Part shown: positions 30,762 through 40,886 of the stretch, piece after piece | How the letters are laid out: the number at the start of each line of letters is the position of its first letter | Numbering within the stretch: the first letter of the stretch is position 1 | Assembly: GCA_963668625.2 (NCBI GenBank) | Contig: CAXXKA010000004.1 | Span: forward strand, 32,001 to 96,000 | DNA: 64,000 nucleotides | From: an uncultured candidate division Zixibacteria bacterium | GTDB lineage: Bacteria > Zixibacteria > MSB-5A5 > UBA10806 > 4484-95 | Direction: 5' to 3' | Translations under genes and position numbers: made by a program | The notes under the pieces: generated by a model | The model's input: only the letters and a program-made list of their open reading frames with translations | Told to the model about the DNA's origin: nothing | Database searches by the model: none

Positions 30762-31844
30762 TTATTCAAAAAATCCACCGACCACGCGCATAATATCGTT
30801 ATAAGTGATAGCCACCATAAGTAGCAGAAGCAGTCCCATACCGATCTGCTGAGCTATCAACCTACCTTTCAACGAAACAGGTTTGCGCTTGATCGCCTCG
30901 ATAGTTAAAAATACCAGATGGCCGCCATCAAGGACGGGAATCGGTAAGATATTTAATATCGCCAGGTTAACCGACAGGAAAGCCGCCAATCCTAGAAGAG
31001 ATAAAAATCCCTGTTTAGCCGCTCGTCCGGCCTGTTCGGCGATCATAATCGGGCCGCCGAAATTCTTTATGGATATCTGAAGTGTTACCGCTTGCCAGAT
31101 AATATCCAGCATCTGGCCGGTTAAATACACTGTCGCGCTTATCCCCTCGCCCAGCGCTTTAAACGGGCCAACCGATTTATACTCGAAAGCGTTGCTTATG
31201 CCAATCCCTACCTGGCCTACCACTTTCTCGTTGCCCAGCGAGTCGGTCACCGTCTTCTCGCCCGGGGTAATCGCGGCGGTCACAACGCTGTCGCCGTCTT
31301 TCCAGGTGAAATCAATCGGTACATTAGGGCGCTCGTTGATATAAGCGATCAATTCTTTGTAATCGGTGAATTCTATATCATCGATAGCCAATAGCTGCGA
31401 GCCAGGGTTCATCTTTGCCTGATCGGCCGGGCTGCCGGGCATTATCGAATTAGCCGCAATGGTATCCGGAATCGGTTCGGGAATACCGTTTGCCCAATAG
31501 ATAATGAAAAAGATAAAAGCGGCAGTAATGAAATTCATGATCGGGCCGGCCGCGATAACTATATATCGTTTCCATATCGAGGCAGCCGTGAAATCGCCCT
31601 CCTGAGGCACGTAATCATCATCGAATTCGTTCTCGCCCATCATCTTGACATAGCCGCCAAGAGGTACGATACCGATTCGATATTCCGTTTCGCCGATCCT
31701 TTTGCCGATCAATTTTGGCGGGAAACCAAGTGAGAATGTTTCCACCCTAATGCCGGAGCGTTTAGCGGCGATGAAATGTCCTAATTCGTGCACGAACACC
31801 AGGAGTCCCAGCACGAAAACAAAAGCTAGTATTGTAGTCATCAC
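30762..31844 (-). CDS. rseP: RIP metalloprotease RseP
   Basis: HELGH, PDZ region, NILPIPVLDGGH. Confidence 0.95.
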   Translation of the reverse strand: MMTTILAFVFVLGLLVFVHELGHFIAAKRSGIRVETFSLGFPPKLIGKRIGETEYRIGIVPLGGYVKMMGENEFDDDYVPQEGDFTAASIWKRYIVIAAGPIMNFITAAFIFFIIYWANGIPEPIPDTIAANSIMPGSPADQAKMNPGSQLLAIDDIEFTDYKELIAYINERPNVPIDFTWKDGDSVVTAAITPGEKTVTDSLGNEKVVGQVGIGISNAFEYKSVGPFKALGEGISATVYLTGQMLDIIWQAVTLQISIKNFGGPIMIAEQAGRAAKQGFLSLLGLAAFLSVNLAILNILPIPVLDGGHLVFLTIEAIKRKPVSLKGRLIAQQIGMGLLLLLMVAITYNDIMRVVGGFFE

Positions 31845-31931
31845 AATAAATTAACGTTATCCTTTCGGAAAAGTTCCCTGTTGTGTTATTCGGTTTAATC
31901 TTGATATCTTTTAATTCCAGTGTACGGATTT

Positions 31932-32672
31932 TTAAATTACTTCTCTTCCCTCGCATAAATTAACCAGACTTGCCAGTGCATATATTTGCGATTTTCGGCC
32001 GCTGCTTTGGCGCACTTTTTTTAATATTCCCGCTTTTTGAAGCGTATTTAGAATCGAGGTCAACATTTGGCGGCTTGGCATTGACGGGATTTCATGATTT
32101 CACTTATTAAAATTATCGGCATATGGAAATATCTATCCAGCAAAGGCACGGCATACTGCGAACGAGTTATTTCCAGAATATCGCTTTTTAGTTCCTGATA
32201 CAATTTCAACATATCTTTAACTTTTTGAGTGTTAATTCTTGCTTGCTTATCTATTGCTCTCAGGAAGAACTCTATCCTCTTTAGCCAGGTATCGCCGCCG
32301 TTAAGCTGACGAAGTGAACCAACGTATTCATCACGGTTATTCTCCAGATACTCAGATAAATAAAATAACGGACGTGAGAGTAGTTGTTTCTCATACAGGA
32401 ACAATGGAAATATAACGCGCCCTATTCGCCCGTTACCATCAAGAAAAGGATGATTGATCTCGGACTGCGCATGTATAATCGCCAATTGAACTAATAAATC
32501 TTTATCATCCGAATGATAGTATTTCTCCCAATTATCCATATATACTTTTATTAAACCGGGATCCGGCGGAACATATTCAGCCTCTTCATCGGTTGGCTTT
32601 ACCTATTAATGGCAATATGGCTTCCCAATCAATACCTTCCAATGGAAGTTCATGTGGAACAGTAGTTTTCAT
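31932..32672 (-). pseudogene. Fic-family protein pseudogene
   Basis: Start MKTTVPHELPLEGIDWEAILPLIGKANR, then an internal deletion/frameshift to EEAEYVPPDP; HPFLDGNGRIGR retained; second frameshift near 32070 before ...SGRKSQIYALASLVNLCEGREVI. Confidence 0.8.
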
Positions 32673-32751
32673 AATTTCACACTTACCGAATCGGTTTATA
32701 CCATCTTTTGTTATATAAAGCAATTCCTATTTTTTACTTTATACTATATTT

Positions 32752-33006
32752 CACTACTGTCCGGCTTTTCCATCTCGTTGCGAAGCGCTGCTTCGCAACG
32801 TGGCTTGTTTACCTGCAGAATGCGTATTCTACATGACTCAAGAAGGTTCCCAGGCAGCGCTTGGAAACCAGGAAACTAAGCCTAACATCGACAGAATATA
32901 TCAGGATGCATGATACGCTGAATATAATAATTATATCGGAAAATATCTTTCACTAACAATTCCAAGGAGAAATTTAAAATTTACCGAAAAACACCGGGCA
33001 GTAGTG
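32752..33006 (+). mobile_element. IS4-type MITE (255 bp) carrying a REP doublet
   Basis: Terminal IR cactactgtccgg / ccgggcagtagtg; perfect 9-bp TSD actatattt (32743-32751, 33007-33015). Confidence 0.9.
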
Positions 33007-33155
33007 ACTATATTTTATGACTCGCAGACTTTATACAAAATCGTTTGCATAAAACATCCCCCGTTTTTGCATTATACAAAATAATTCGTGATATATACAT
33101 TTTATACAAACAATTTTGTCTTTATATGACTAGCAAAAGCCATTTTACGACAACT

Positions 33156-34313
33156 TTACACCATATATACGAAATCCTCAGCCAGCTCTTCCGCCCATAA
33201 CTGGGCACGGTATACTGTCTGAAGATCGGGAGCGTCGCCCGCCTCGGTATCCTCCATGGTGCGTTCGATGATCTCGAATATCTGGGTGAATTTGATCCGG
33301 CCCTCAAGGAAAGCCTTGACTGCGACCTCGTTCGCGGAATTCATTACAGCCGGCATGATACCACCGCTTTTCAACGCCTGATACCCCAGCCGCAAGCTGG
33401 TGAACTTGTCCAGATCGGGCGGGATAAATTCGAGATTGATAGCCTCAGACCAATCGATATTGCAAACATCGAGTGGCACTCTATCGGGATATAAAAGAGC
33501 GTACTGGATGGGAAGACGCATATCCGGGCGTGACATCTGGGCTATGACCGAACCATCGACAAACTCCACCATCGAATGGACGAGAGATTGCGGGTGAATC
33601 ATCACCTTAATCCTCTCAGCCGAGAGATCGAACAGGTACGAGGCCTCGATAATCTCCAGCGCCTTGTTCATCATGGTGGCCGAATCGATCGTGATCTTCT
33701 TGCCCATCTCCCAGTTTGGATGCTTTAACGCCTCATCGATCGTTACATCATCGAGGTTAGCCCGGTTCAAAAACGGCCCGCCTGAGGCTGTCAGGATAAC
33801 CTGTTTGGCTTCCTCATGTTTGCCTGAAAGATAGCACTGGTAGATAGCCGAGTGCTCGGAGTCCACCGGTATTATCCCGCCTTTATGCTCCTCGGCAAAT
33901 TTATTGAGTAACGGCCCGGCGGCCACCATCGACTCTTTGTTTGCCAGCGCCACCACTTTTCCGCTCAGAAGCGCGGCGGCCGTGGCTCTCAACCCGGCGA
34001 TACCGACTATCGCATTCAATACGATATCGATACCCTCCAGCGAGCTGATTTCTTCGAGCGAGTTCGAAAAAGCAGAGTCCTCGACTACCGTGACCGAGGA
34101 ATCATTAATAAGTGATTTGAGCTTGGCCAACGATTTCCTGTCGGAGAGCGTTACATGGGTGGGTTTATATTTTTGCACCTGCGCCGCAAGCTGCTCATAA
34201 TCGGAATGAGCAGTCAGGGCGATGACATTCAGTTTATCGGGATTTTTATCGACAATATCAAGAGCACTTTTACCGATTGAACCCGTACTGCCGAGAATTA
34301 CAATATTGCGCAC
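33156..34313 (-). CDS. dxr: 1-deoxy-D-xylulose-5-phosphate reductoisomerase
   Basis: LGSTGSIG, LANKESMV, PVDSEHSA, HPNWEMGKKITIDSATMMNK. Confidence 0.97.
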   Translation of the reverse strand: MRNIVILGSTGSIGKSALDIVDKNPDKLNVIALTAHSDYEQLAAQVQKYKPTHVTLSDRKSLAKLKSLINDSSVTVVEDSAFSNSLEEISSLEGIDIVLNAIVGIAGLRATAAALLSGKVVALANKESMVAAGPLLNKFAEEHKGGIIPVDSEHSAIYQCYLSGKHEEAKQVILTASGGPFLNRANLDDVTIDEALKHPNWEMGKKITIDSATMMNKALEIIEASYLFDLSAERIKVMIHPQSLVHSMVEFVDGSVIAQMSRPDMRLPIQYALLYPDRVPLDVCNIDWSEAINLEFIPPDLDKFTSLRLGYQALKSGGIMPAVMNSANEVAVKAFLEGRIKFTQIFEIIERTMEDTEAGDAPDLQTVYRAQLWAEELAEDFVYMV

Positions 34314-34951
34314 TATTTTTTATTTTCCTTTGCCGGCTTATCCGACATCGGTTTCCTTTCCACTTTTGTCATGATAACATCCACGACAGGCTTGGGGGCT
34401 TGACGGTTGCCGGCACATTCAAACTTGGCGATTTTCTCGAAAATATCCATGCCTTTTATGACTTTGGCGAATACTAAAAAGCCCTGGGAGTCGAGGCTAT
34501 AGTTATTACGCATGTTTACGTAGAACTGGCTCTTGCTCGCGCCTGCCGGGCTCCTGGCCATAGATATCGTGGCGTAATCATGCTTATAGGGGCAGTTCTC
34601 GTCATCCTGTAAACGTCCGGGAGGACCGCCGGTGCCGGTGCCGGTAGGATCGCCACCCTGGATAACGAATCCATCAACCACGCGATGGAAGGTGAGAGAA
34701 TCATAATAGCCCTCATCCACCAACTGAAGGAAATTGCCGCCATGATATGGCATGTCATGCTCGTATACCTCGATCTCGACCGTGCCCAGTGCGGAATCAC
34801 CATGCGAGATGTGCATAAGAACGATTGGATTTTCAACTTTTTCTTCTTGTTCCATTATATCTTTCATTTTTGTTGTGTCGCCCTCGGTTTCATCGGCAAC
34901 AGCAAACGCCAGCATACCGAGGATTAAAAACGCGCTTATTATTGTTTTCAT
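34313..34951 (-). CDS. Exported cyclophilin-type peptidyl-prolyl isomerase
   Basis: Signal peptide; FHRVVDGFVIQGGDPTGTGTGGP, SQFYVN. Confidence 0.9.
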   Translation of the reverse strand: MKTIISAFLILGMLAFAVADETEGDTTKMKDIMEQEEKVENPIVLMHISHGDSALGTVEIEVYEHDMPYHGGNFLQLVDEGYYDSLTFHRVVDGFVIQGGDPTGTGTGGPPGRLQDDENCPYKHDYATISMARSPAGASKSQFYVNMRNNYSLDSQGFLVFAKVIKGMDIFEKIAKFECAGNRQAPKPVVDVIMTKVERKPMSDKPAKENKK

Positions 34952-35043
34952 TAAATGCCTTTCGTTTCGTTAATCTTTCATGCTCAAATAAAAAAACGCC
35001 CAGAATATGATACTTTCTGGACGTTTAAAAAGTTCTAATTTAG

Positions 35044-35688
35044 CTAGTGCCCCTCGCCCTCATGCGAATGAGCCATGGCATCCCCGGCCGGTTTCGGAGC
35101 GGCTGTCACTATTTTAACATCCTCGACCGGTTTATCGTTAGCGCCGGTTTTCACCTTTGAAATACTATCGGCGACATCCATACCGCTTATTACCCTGGCA
35201 AAACACGGGAATTGGTTATCAAGATGCGGTGAGTCTTTGACAACAATATAGAACTGCGAGCCATTAACTCCCTGTGGCGATTGCGCCATTGCGATATTGC
35301 CACGGATATTCTTATGCACGATAGGCTCCATCTCAAGACGGTAACCCGGACCACCACCACCGGTGCCTGTAGGATCGCCTGTTTGGATCATGAAATTGGG
35401 GATGACCCTGTGGAAGATAACATCATCGTAGTATTCGGCCTCAACAAGTTTCAGGAAATTGGCGGCGTGAATCGGGCAGTCTTTCTCGAAAACCTCGATC
35501 TCCATATCGCCCATCGTTGTCTTCATCAATACGATAGGATTGCCGGCCTCGGTACGCGCGTATTCTACTTTCTCGGTCATCTTGAGTTTCTTTGTCGGCT
35601 CCTGCGTATCCGCTTCGTCCTCTTTCTTCTGCTGGCCCGAACACGCTACGAACAGCGCCAGCAGGATTACTGCTAATTTTCTCATCAT
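35044..35688 (-). CDS. Lipoprotein cyclophilin-type peptidyl-prolyl isomerase
   Basis: Lipobox FVAC; FHRVIPNFMIQTGDPTGTGGGGPG, NGSQFYI. Confidence 0.9.
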   Translation of the reverse strand: MMRKLAVILLALFVACSGQQKKEDEADTQEPTKKLKMTEKVEYARTEAGNPIVLMKTTMGDMEIEVFEKDCPIHAANFLKLVEAEYYDDVIFHRVIPNFMIQTGDPTGTGGGGPGYRLEMEPIVHKNIRGNIAMAQSPQGVNGSQFYIVVKDSPHLDNQFPCFARVISGMDVADSISKVKTGANDKPVEDVKIVTAAPKPAGDAMAHSHEGEGH

Positions 35689-35725
35689 CTCTCCTTGCAC
35701 TTACAGTTAAAAATAATTATCGTTA

Positions 35726-35754
35726 ATTTTATATAGCCGGATGGTTTATGTCAA
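35726..35754 (-). promoter_or_regulatory. Sigma70-like promoter of the ppi-ppi-dxr unit
   Basis: TTGACA-17nt-TAAAAT. Confidence 0.65.
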
Positions 35755-35794
35755 GTAAAACGATATTATTATCATCGGATAAATTAATCTAACG

Positions 35795-35897
35795 AAAAAG
35801 TCCGGCCTAAGCCGGACTTGGGTACTTCTTGCACAATCAGGAAATTCCCATCCCTTTAAAAGTACCGAAAACCACCTCGTTTCAGCCCATCCTCTGA
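35795..35897 (-). ncRNA. Candidate ~100-nt small RNA
   Basis: TTGACA-16-TACATT at 35930-35903, internal stem GGUACUUUU/AGAAGUACC, terminator agtccggc-tta-ggccggact-TTTT. Confidence 0.45.
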
Positions 35898-36145
35898 GGG
35901 TAAATGTACTATATATGTGACGTTTGTCAAGAAAATATGTACTATTTTGTAACTTTAGCATGTAATGACTACTCGGGACTTGCCTGCCCGGATTGGGGCT
36001 TATCCGCTCAGGATATTTCAGACGCGAATTGCATAAATTTTTGAGCTTTTGCTATCAAGCAGTGTATCAGGTTAATCCCTTCGCTGTCGCTCTGGATGAA
36101 CCTGACCTACGATAATTCGATATAGCTCTATGCAATCTACTCCCC

Positions 36146-36765
36146 CTGGTTCCAAAGCGCCGCTTTGGAACCCCGCCTGCGTTGGCAACGATGGCATTAC
36201 TGCGCAATGAGGCATCGTTTCGAAGCGGCGCTTCGTAACGAGGAGAAATTGATATCTTGCGTAGGTCAAGACCCCTGTGGTCTTGACGTGTGATGGGATG
36301 ATTGAGAAGATAGTTTTACTCGGTCGAAACCACAGGGGTTTCAACCTACTCGCGCTGCCAATTGCCGCAGCGACGACTGAAATGTTTTCAAGAAGCAGAA
36401 AACTTGCATGTCATCCCTTCGGAGGAGATTGTTGAAAAGTTATTTGCCGCGAGTCGCTGGGAATCCCTTCCCGGCGACATACTGCATGAAAACAGCAGGA
36501 AGGAAAGGATTCCTTCCTGCTCAGTGATGGGGCTAATTAGACGGTGACTGAAATGTTTTCTTAAAGTAGAAAACATATCTGTCATCCCTTCGGAGGAAGG
36601 GAACCAGTACGGCCTTTTTCCCTTAAATGATTCATCCTATAGGAATACTACAACACTCGAAACTGGAGTTTCTCGGGCAATTGTGTTCCCAAACGGAGTT
36701 TAGGAACAAGGAAATGCCCCTTTCCCCTCCTTCTGGATCCCGGCTCCCCCTGCCGGGATGACATG
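36146..36765. repeat. Cluster of palindromic repeats from several families
   Basis: RAYT-type REPIN 36146-36243; GTAG-type gtaggtcaagacccctgtggtcttgac at 36261; hairpin agcaggaaggaaaggattccttcctgct at ~36494-36521; GTCAT-type repeats; REP variant 36656-36710. Confidence 0.8.
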
Positions 36766-36826
36766 AGACTTTATTTTACTTATCAAGATTATCAGTCGGC
36801 AATAGGCCATTCAAATATCATAAAGA

Positions 36827-36854
36827 TTGACAGAATCTGTTAATTTAGTATCTT
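36827..36854 (+). promoter_or_regulatory. Sigma70-like promoter
   Basis: TTGACA-16nt-TATCTT. Confidence 0.5.
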
Positions 36855-36879
36855 AAGAAAGAGTAGTAACGATATTTTA

Positions 36880-38046
36880 ATGGGGAATATTATGCAGATA
36901 ATAAAAGCGCTATTAATTCTACTTCTGCTCTGCCCTTCTATATATGCACAGGGATTCAACTGGAGTGAACCGGAATTGGTTGACAGTATAAACGGTATTA
37001 TTGATGATTTCAATCCATCAATCTCTGCTGATGGTCAAACCATGCATTTTACCACCGGTAATAGAATTATGGTATCACATCGCATTGGCGATACATGGGG
37101 AGCGCCAACAATGCTTGGTGATAATATTAATTCCGGCCAAAGACAGGTTAAAGCTACTGTCACGCCCGATAATCGGACTTTATATTTCACTTCTTGGCGA
37201 GCGGGTGGCTATGGTACGTATGATATCTGGAAATCCGAATGGGATGATAGCTGTGAATGCTGGGGAGAACCTGATGTATTACCCGAGCCAATAAATACGC
37301 CGTACATGGAATGGGATGTGCAACTATCTTTGGATGGTATGAGTATGTATTTTACATCTGATAGAAGTTTTGGTTGGGGTTATAATGATATCTGGTGCAG
37401 CGAATGGGACACGCTGGCACAATCCTGGGGCGAACCTTATAATCTTGGCAATGTTGTTAACTCATCAAGTGCAGATGAGTGTCCATATCCTACATCAGAT
37501 CCAAACATTCTATATTTCACAAGTATACATCATCATGGTTTTGATGAATGGCAAGGAGGGGCAGATATTTTTGTTGCCTTTAAGCGGAATGGTGTATGGG
37601 ATAGCCTGGCAATACTTCCACCGCCAATTAATACTATTCATCACGAAAAAAGCGCTGCTATTCTATTCGATAATTCTGAACTTTATATTTCTTCTACTAG
37701 ACTAGGAGGACCTTCAGATGATGAAATCTATATTTCTTATTTAATAACAGGAATTGACGAAAATAATGTTATAAATAATATAGGCAATTTCAAATTTAGT
37801 ATTTACCCCAACCCTTTCAACTCCACCACCAGCATAACCTATGAGAACATCATATCAAGCAGTCTCAGCATATACGATATCACCGGGCGATTGATTAACC
37901 GTCTGGATATTCATGATGACCACACCGGCAGTATCACCTGGGATGCCACGGATTTATCGGGCAAGCCGATCAGCGCCGGGGTGTATTTCATCAGGGGCGA
38001 TGGCGCGGATGGAGTTGTAAGCTCGAAGATGATATATTTGAAATGA
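36880..38046 (+). CDS. Secreted PD40/WD40-like beta-propeller protein with FlgD/T9SS-type tail
   Basis: Signal peptide; LYFTS.R..G.G..DIW...W.....WGEP repeats; YPNPFNSTT...WDATD..G..ISAGVYF. Confidence 0.85.
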   Translation: MGNIMQIIKALLILLLLCPSIYAQGFNWSEPELVDSINGIIDDFNPSISADGQTMHFTTGNRIMVSHRIGDTWGAPTMLGDNINSGQRQVKATVTPDNRTLYFTSWRAGGYGTYDIWKSEWDDSCECWGEPDVLPEPINTPYMEWDVQLSLDGMSMYFTSDRSFGWGYNDIWCSEWDTLAQSWGEPYNLGNVVNSSSADECPYPTSDPNILYFTSIHHHGFDEWQGGADIFVAFKRNGVWDSLAILPPPINTIHHEKSAAILFDNSELYISSTRLGGPSDDEIYISYLITGIDENNVINNIGNFKFSIYPNPFNSTTSITYENIISSSLSIYDITGRLINRLDIHDDHTGSITWDATDLSGKPISAGVYFIRGDGADGVVSSKMIYLK

Positions 38047-38053
38047 TTCACCC

Positions 38054-38151
38054 CCTGGTTCCAAAGCGCTGCTTTGGGGCCTTGCCTGCGGTGACAACGA
38101 TTACAATACTGCGCAATCGGGCAGCGTTACGAAGCAGCGCTTCGTAACGAG
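38054..38151. repeat. REPIN at the start of tandem unit 1
   Basis: ctggttccaaagcgctgctttgg ... cgttacgaagcagcgcttcgtaacgag. Confidence 0.88.
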
Positions 38152-38177
38152 GAGAGAAATTCAAATTGCACGAATCG

Positions 38178-39692
38178 ATGAAAAAACAAACAATAATTCG
38201 GTGGCTGGCAGACGTCCTCGTCTGCTGCATTACTCGCCTCGCATTGACTACTAAGGGGCACACGGGGACGTGTGCCGCCCACAGCATCACACTAACCATC
38301 CTCCTGCTAACCTGCAGCATACAGGCAACGGTTATAAATATACCCGATGATTACGAGACTATAAACGAGGGAATCGCCGCCAGTATTGATGGTGATACCG
38401 TGCTGGTCGCGCCGGGTGAATACGAAGAGATTATCTCATTACAGGGAAAGAATATCCTTTTGACAAGCTCAAATGGTCCAAATGCTTCAATTATAGCAGG
38501 GGCTGTTTTGTTTGAGAACGGTGAGGACTCGACATGCGTTTTAAGAGGATTTAAAATAGTCGGCAATAGCGGCTACAGCGGTGTCCAATGTAATAACACT
38601 TCGCCAATTATAGAGGGTAATATAATTACTGAACATGACGGTTATTCATGCTCAGGTATATCGATACGAAACAGTAATTGTATTATTAGAGAGAATATCA
38701 TTAGTAACAATAGTAATATGGCTACCGGAGCTGGAATAAATATAACTGGTGATGGCTCAACTATCACTAGAAACCTGATATTGAATAATGAGGTCTACCA
38801 GTATGAAGGAAAAGGAGGTGCAATAAATCTAGCTGGAACAGCAATTATTTATTATAACCTGTTTATTAATAATGTTGCAGTTGGTGGACCTGCAGGTGCT
38901 TACGGAGCAGGGGGAGGAATTTATAGAAGAAGCATAAATGATACACTTGGCGGAATGACCTATATTGGCAACAACACCTTTGTGGGTAACGAAGCATGGG
39001 CATATGGACAGCAAAATGGAAGTGGGGGTGCTATATTTGTTCACGGCCATCTTGATCAAGAAAATGATACACTAATCCTTATCAATAATATATTTGCTTA
39101 TAACTACACAGATGGCACAGGAAGCGCTATAAGAGCAAACAGTGTTGAATCGTTATATTTTTGCTGGAATTATAATTGCATTTATGAGAATGACATTTAT
39201 GGATTCGAATCTGGAATAAATGACATCTTCCTTAATCCCTTGTTTGCCGATACCAGCCAGCATGATTACAGTCTGCAAGAGGGTTCCCCCTGCATTGATG
39301 CCGGTGATCCTGACTCCCCGCTCGATCCGGACTCGACACGGGTCGATATCGGCGCGCTGTTTTACGATCAATCTGTCGGTATAGATGATGACGCTCAACC
39401 CTCGGGACCGTACGCTTACGCGCTTCAACAGAACTACCCCAATCCATTCAACGCCCAAACTACTATCAGCTACGAGTTACCGCATCAGGCCAACATCAGC
39501 CTGATAGTGTTCGATATCACCGGCAGGCTGGTTAAAACCATTATCGCCGAGGAGACACAATCATCCGGGCCGCACTCGGTAGTCTGGGATGGCACCGGCA
39601 ATGATGGCAATCCCGTAGCCACCGCCATATATTTCTACAGGCTCTCTGTTGATGATTACTCAATCGTGAAGAGCATGATTGTGATAAAGTAG
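38178..39692 (+). CDS. Secreted right-handed beta-helix protein with FlgD/T9SS-type tail, copy 1
   Basis: VINIPDDYETI, GDTVLVAPGEY, N..I.NN..GGGI repeats, SPCIDAGDP, QNYPNPFNAQT; alternative TTG start at 38166. Confidence 0.88.
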   Translation: MKKQTIIRWLADVLVCCITRLALTTKGHTGTCAAHSITLTILLLTCSIQATVINIPDDYETINEGIAASIDGDTVLVAPGEYEEIISLQGKNILLTSSNGPNASIIAGAVLFENGEDSTCVLRGFKIVGNSGYSGVQCNNTSPIIEGNIITEHDGYSCSGISIRNSNCIIRENIISNNSNMATGAGINITGDGSTITRNLILNNEVYQYEGKGGAINLAGTAIIYYNLFINNVAVGGPAGAYGAGGGIYRRSINDTLGGMTYIGNNTFVGNEAWAYGQQNGSGGAIFVHGHLDQENDTLILINNIFAYNYTDGTGSAIRANSVESLYFCWNYNCIYENDIYGFESGINDIFLNPLFADTSQHDYSLQEGSPCIDAGDPDSPLDPDSTRVDIGALFYDQSVGIDDDAQPSGPYAYALQQNYPNPFNAQTTISYELPHQANISLIVFDITGRLVKTIIAEETQSSGPHSVVWDGTGNDGNPVATAIYFYRLSVDDYSIVKSMIVIK

Positions 39693-39768
39693 GTCAAGTG
39701 CACTTGGGACTTGACTAACCCGCATATAAAATAACAAACGTGAATTGCATGAATTGGCTACTCTACCC

Positions 39769-39866
39769 CCTGGTTCCAAAGCGCCGCTTTGGAATCCCGA
39801 AGGCGCTGGCAACAAAAACAATACTGGGCAATCGGGCAGCGTTACGAAGCAGCGCTTCGTAACGAG
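39769..39866. repeat. REPIN at the start of tandem unit 2
   Basis: Same doublet; 1715 bp downstream of unit 1. Confidence 0.88.
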
Positions 39867-40886
39867 GAGAGAAATTCAAATTGCACGAATCGATGAAAAA
39901 ACAAACAATAATTCGGTGGCTGGCAGACGTCCTCGTCTGCTGCATTACTCGCCTCGCATTGACTACTAAGGGGCACACGGGGACGTGTGCCGCCCACAGC
40001 ATCACACTAACCATCCTCCTGCTAACCTGCAGCATACAGGCAACGGTTATAAATATACCCGATGATTACGAGACTATAAACGAGGGAATCGCCGCCAGTA
40101 TTGATGGTGATACCGTGCTGGTCGCGCCGGGTGAATACGAAGAGATTATCTCATTACAGGGAAAGAATATCCTTTTGACAAGCTCAAATGGTCCAAATGC
40201 TTCAATTATAGCAGGGGCTGTTTTGTTTGAGAACGGTGAGGACTCGACATGCGTTTTAAGAGGATTTAAAATAGTCGGCAATAGCGGCTACAGCGGTGTC
40301 CAATGTAATAACACTTCACCAATTATAGAGGGTAATATAATTACTGAACATGACGGTTATTCATGCTCAGGTATATCGATACGAAACAGTAATTGTATTA
40401 TTAGAGAGAATATCATTAGTAACAATAGTAATATGGCTACCGGAGCTGGAATAAATATAACTGGTGATGGCTCAACTATCACTAGAAACCTGATATTGAA
40501 TAATGAGGTCTACCAGTATGAAGGAAAAGGAGGTGCAATAAATCTAGCTGGAACAGCAATTATTTATTATAACCTGTTTATTAATAATGTTGCAGTTGGT
40601 GGACCTGCAGGTGCTTACGGAGCAGGGGGAGGAATTTATAGAAGAAGCATAAATGATACACTTGGCGGAATGACCTATATTGGCAACAACACCTTTGTGG
40701 GTAACGAAGCATGGGCATATGGACAGCAAAATGGAAGTGGGGGTGCTATATTTGTTCACGGCCATCTTGATCAAGAAAATGATACACTAATCCTTATCAA
40801 TAATATATTTGCTTATAACTACACAGATGGCACAGGAAGCGCTATAAGAGCAAACAGTGTTGAATCGTTATATTTTTGCTGGAATT

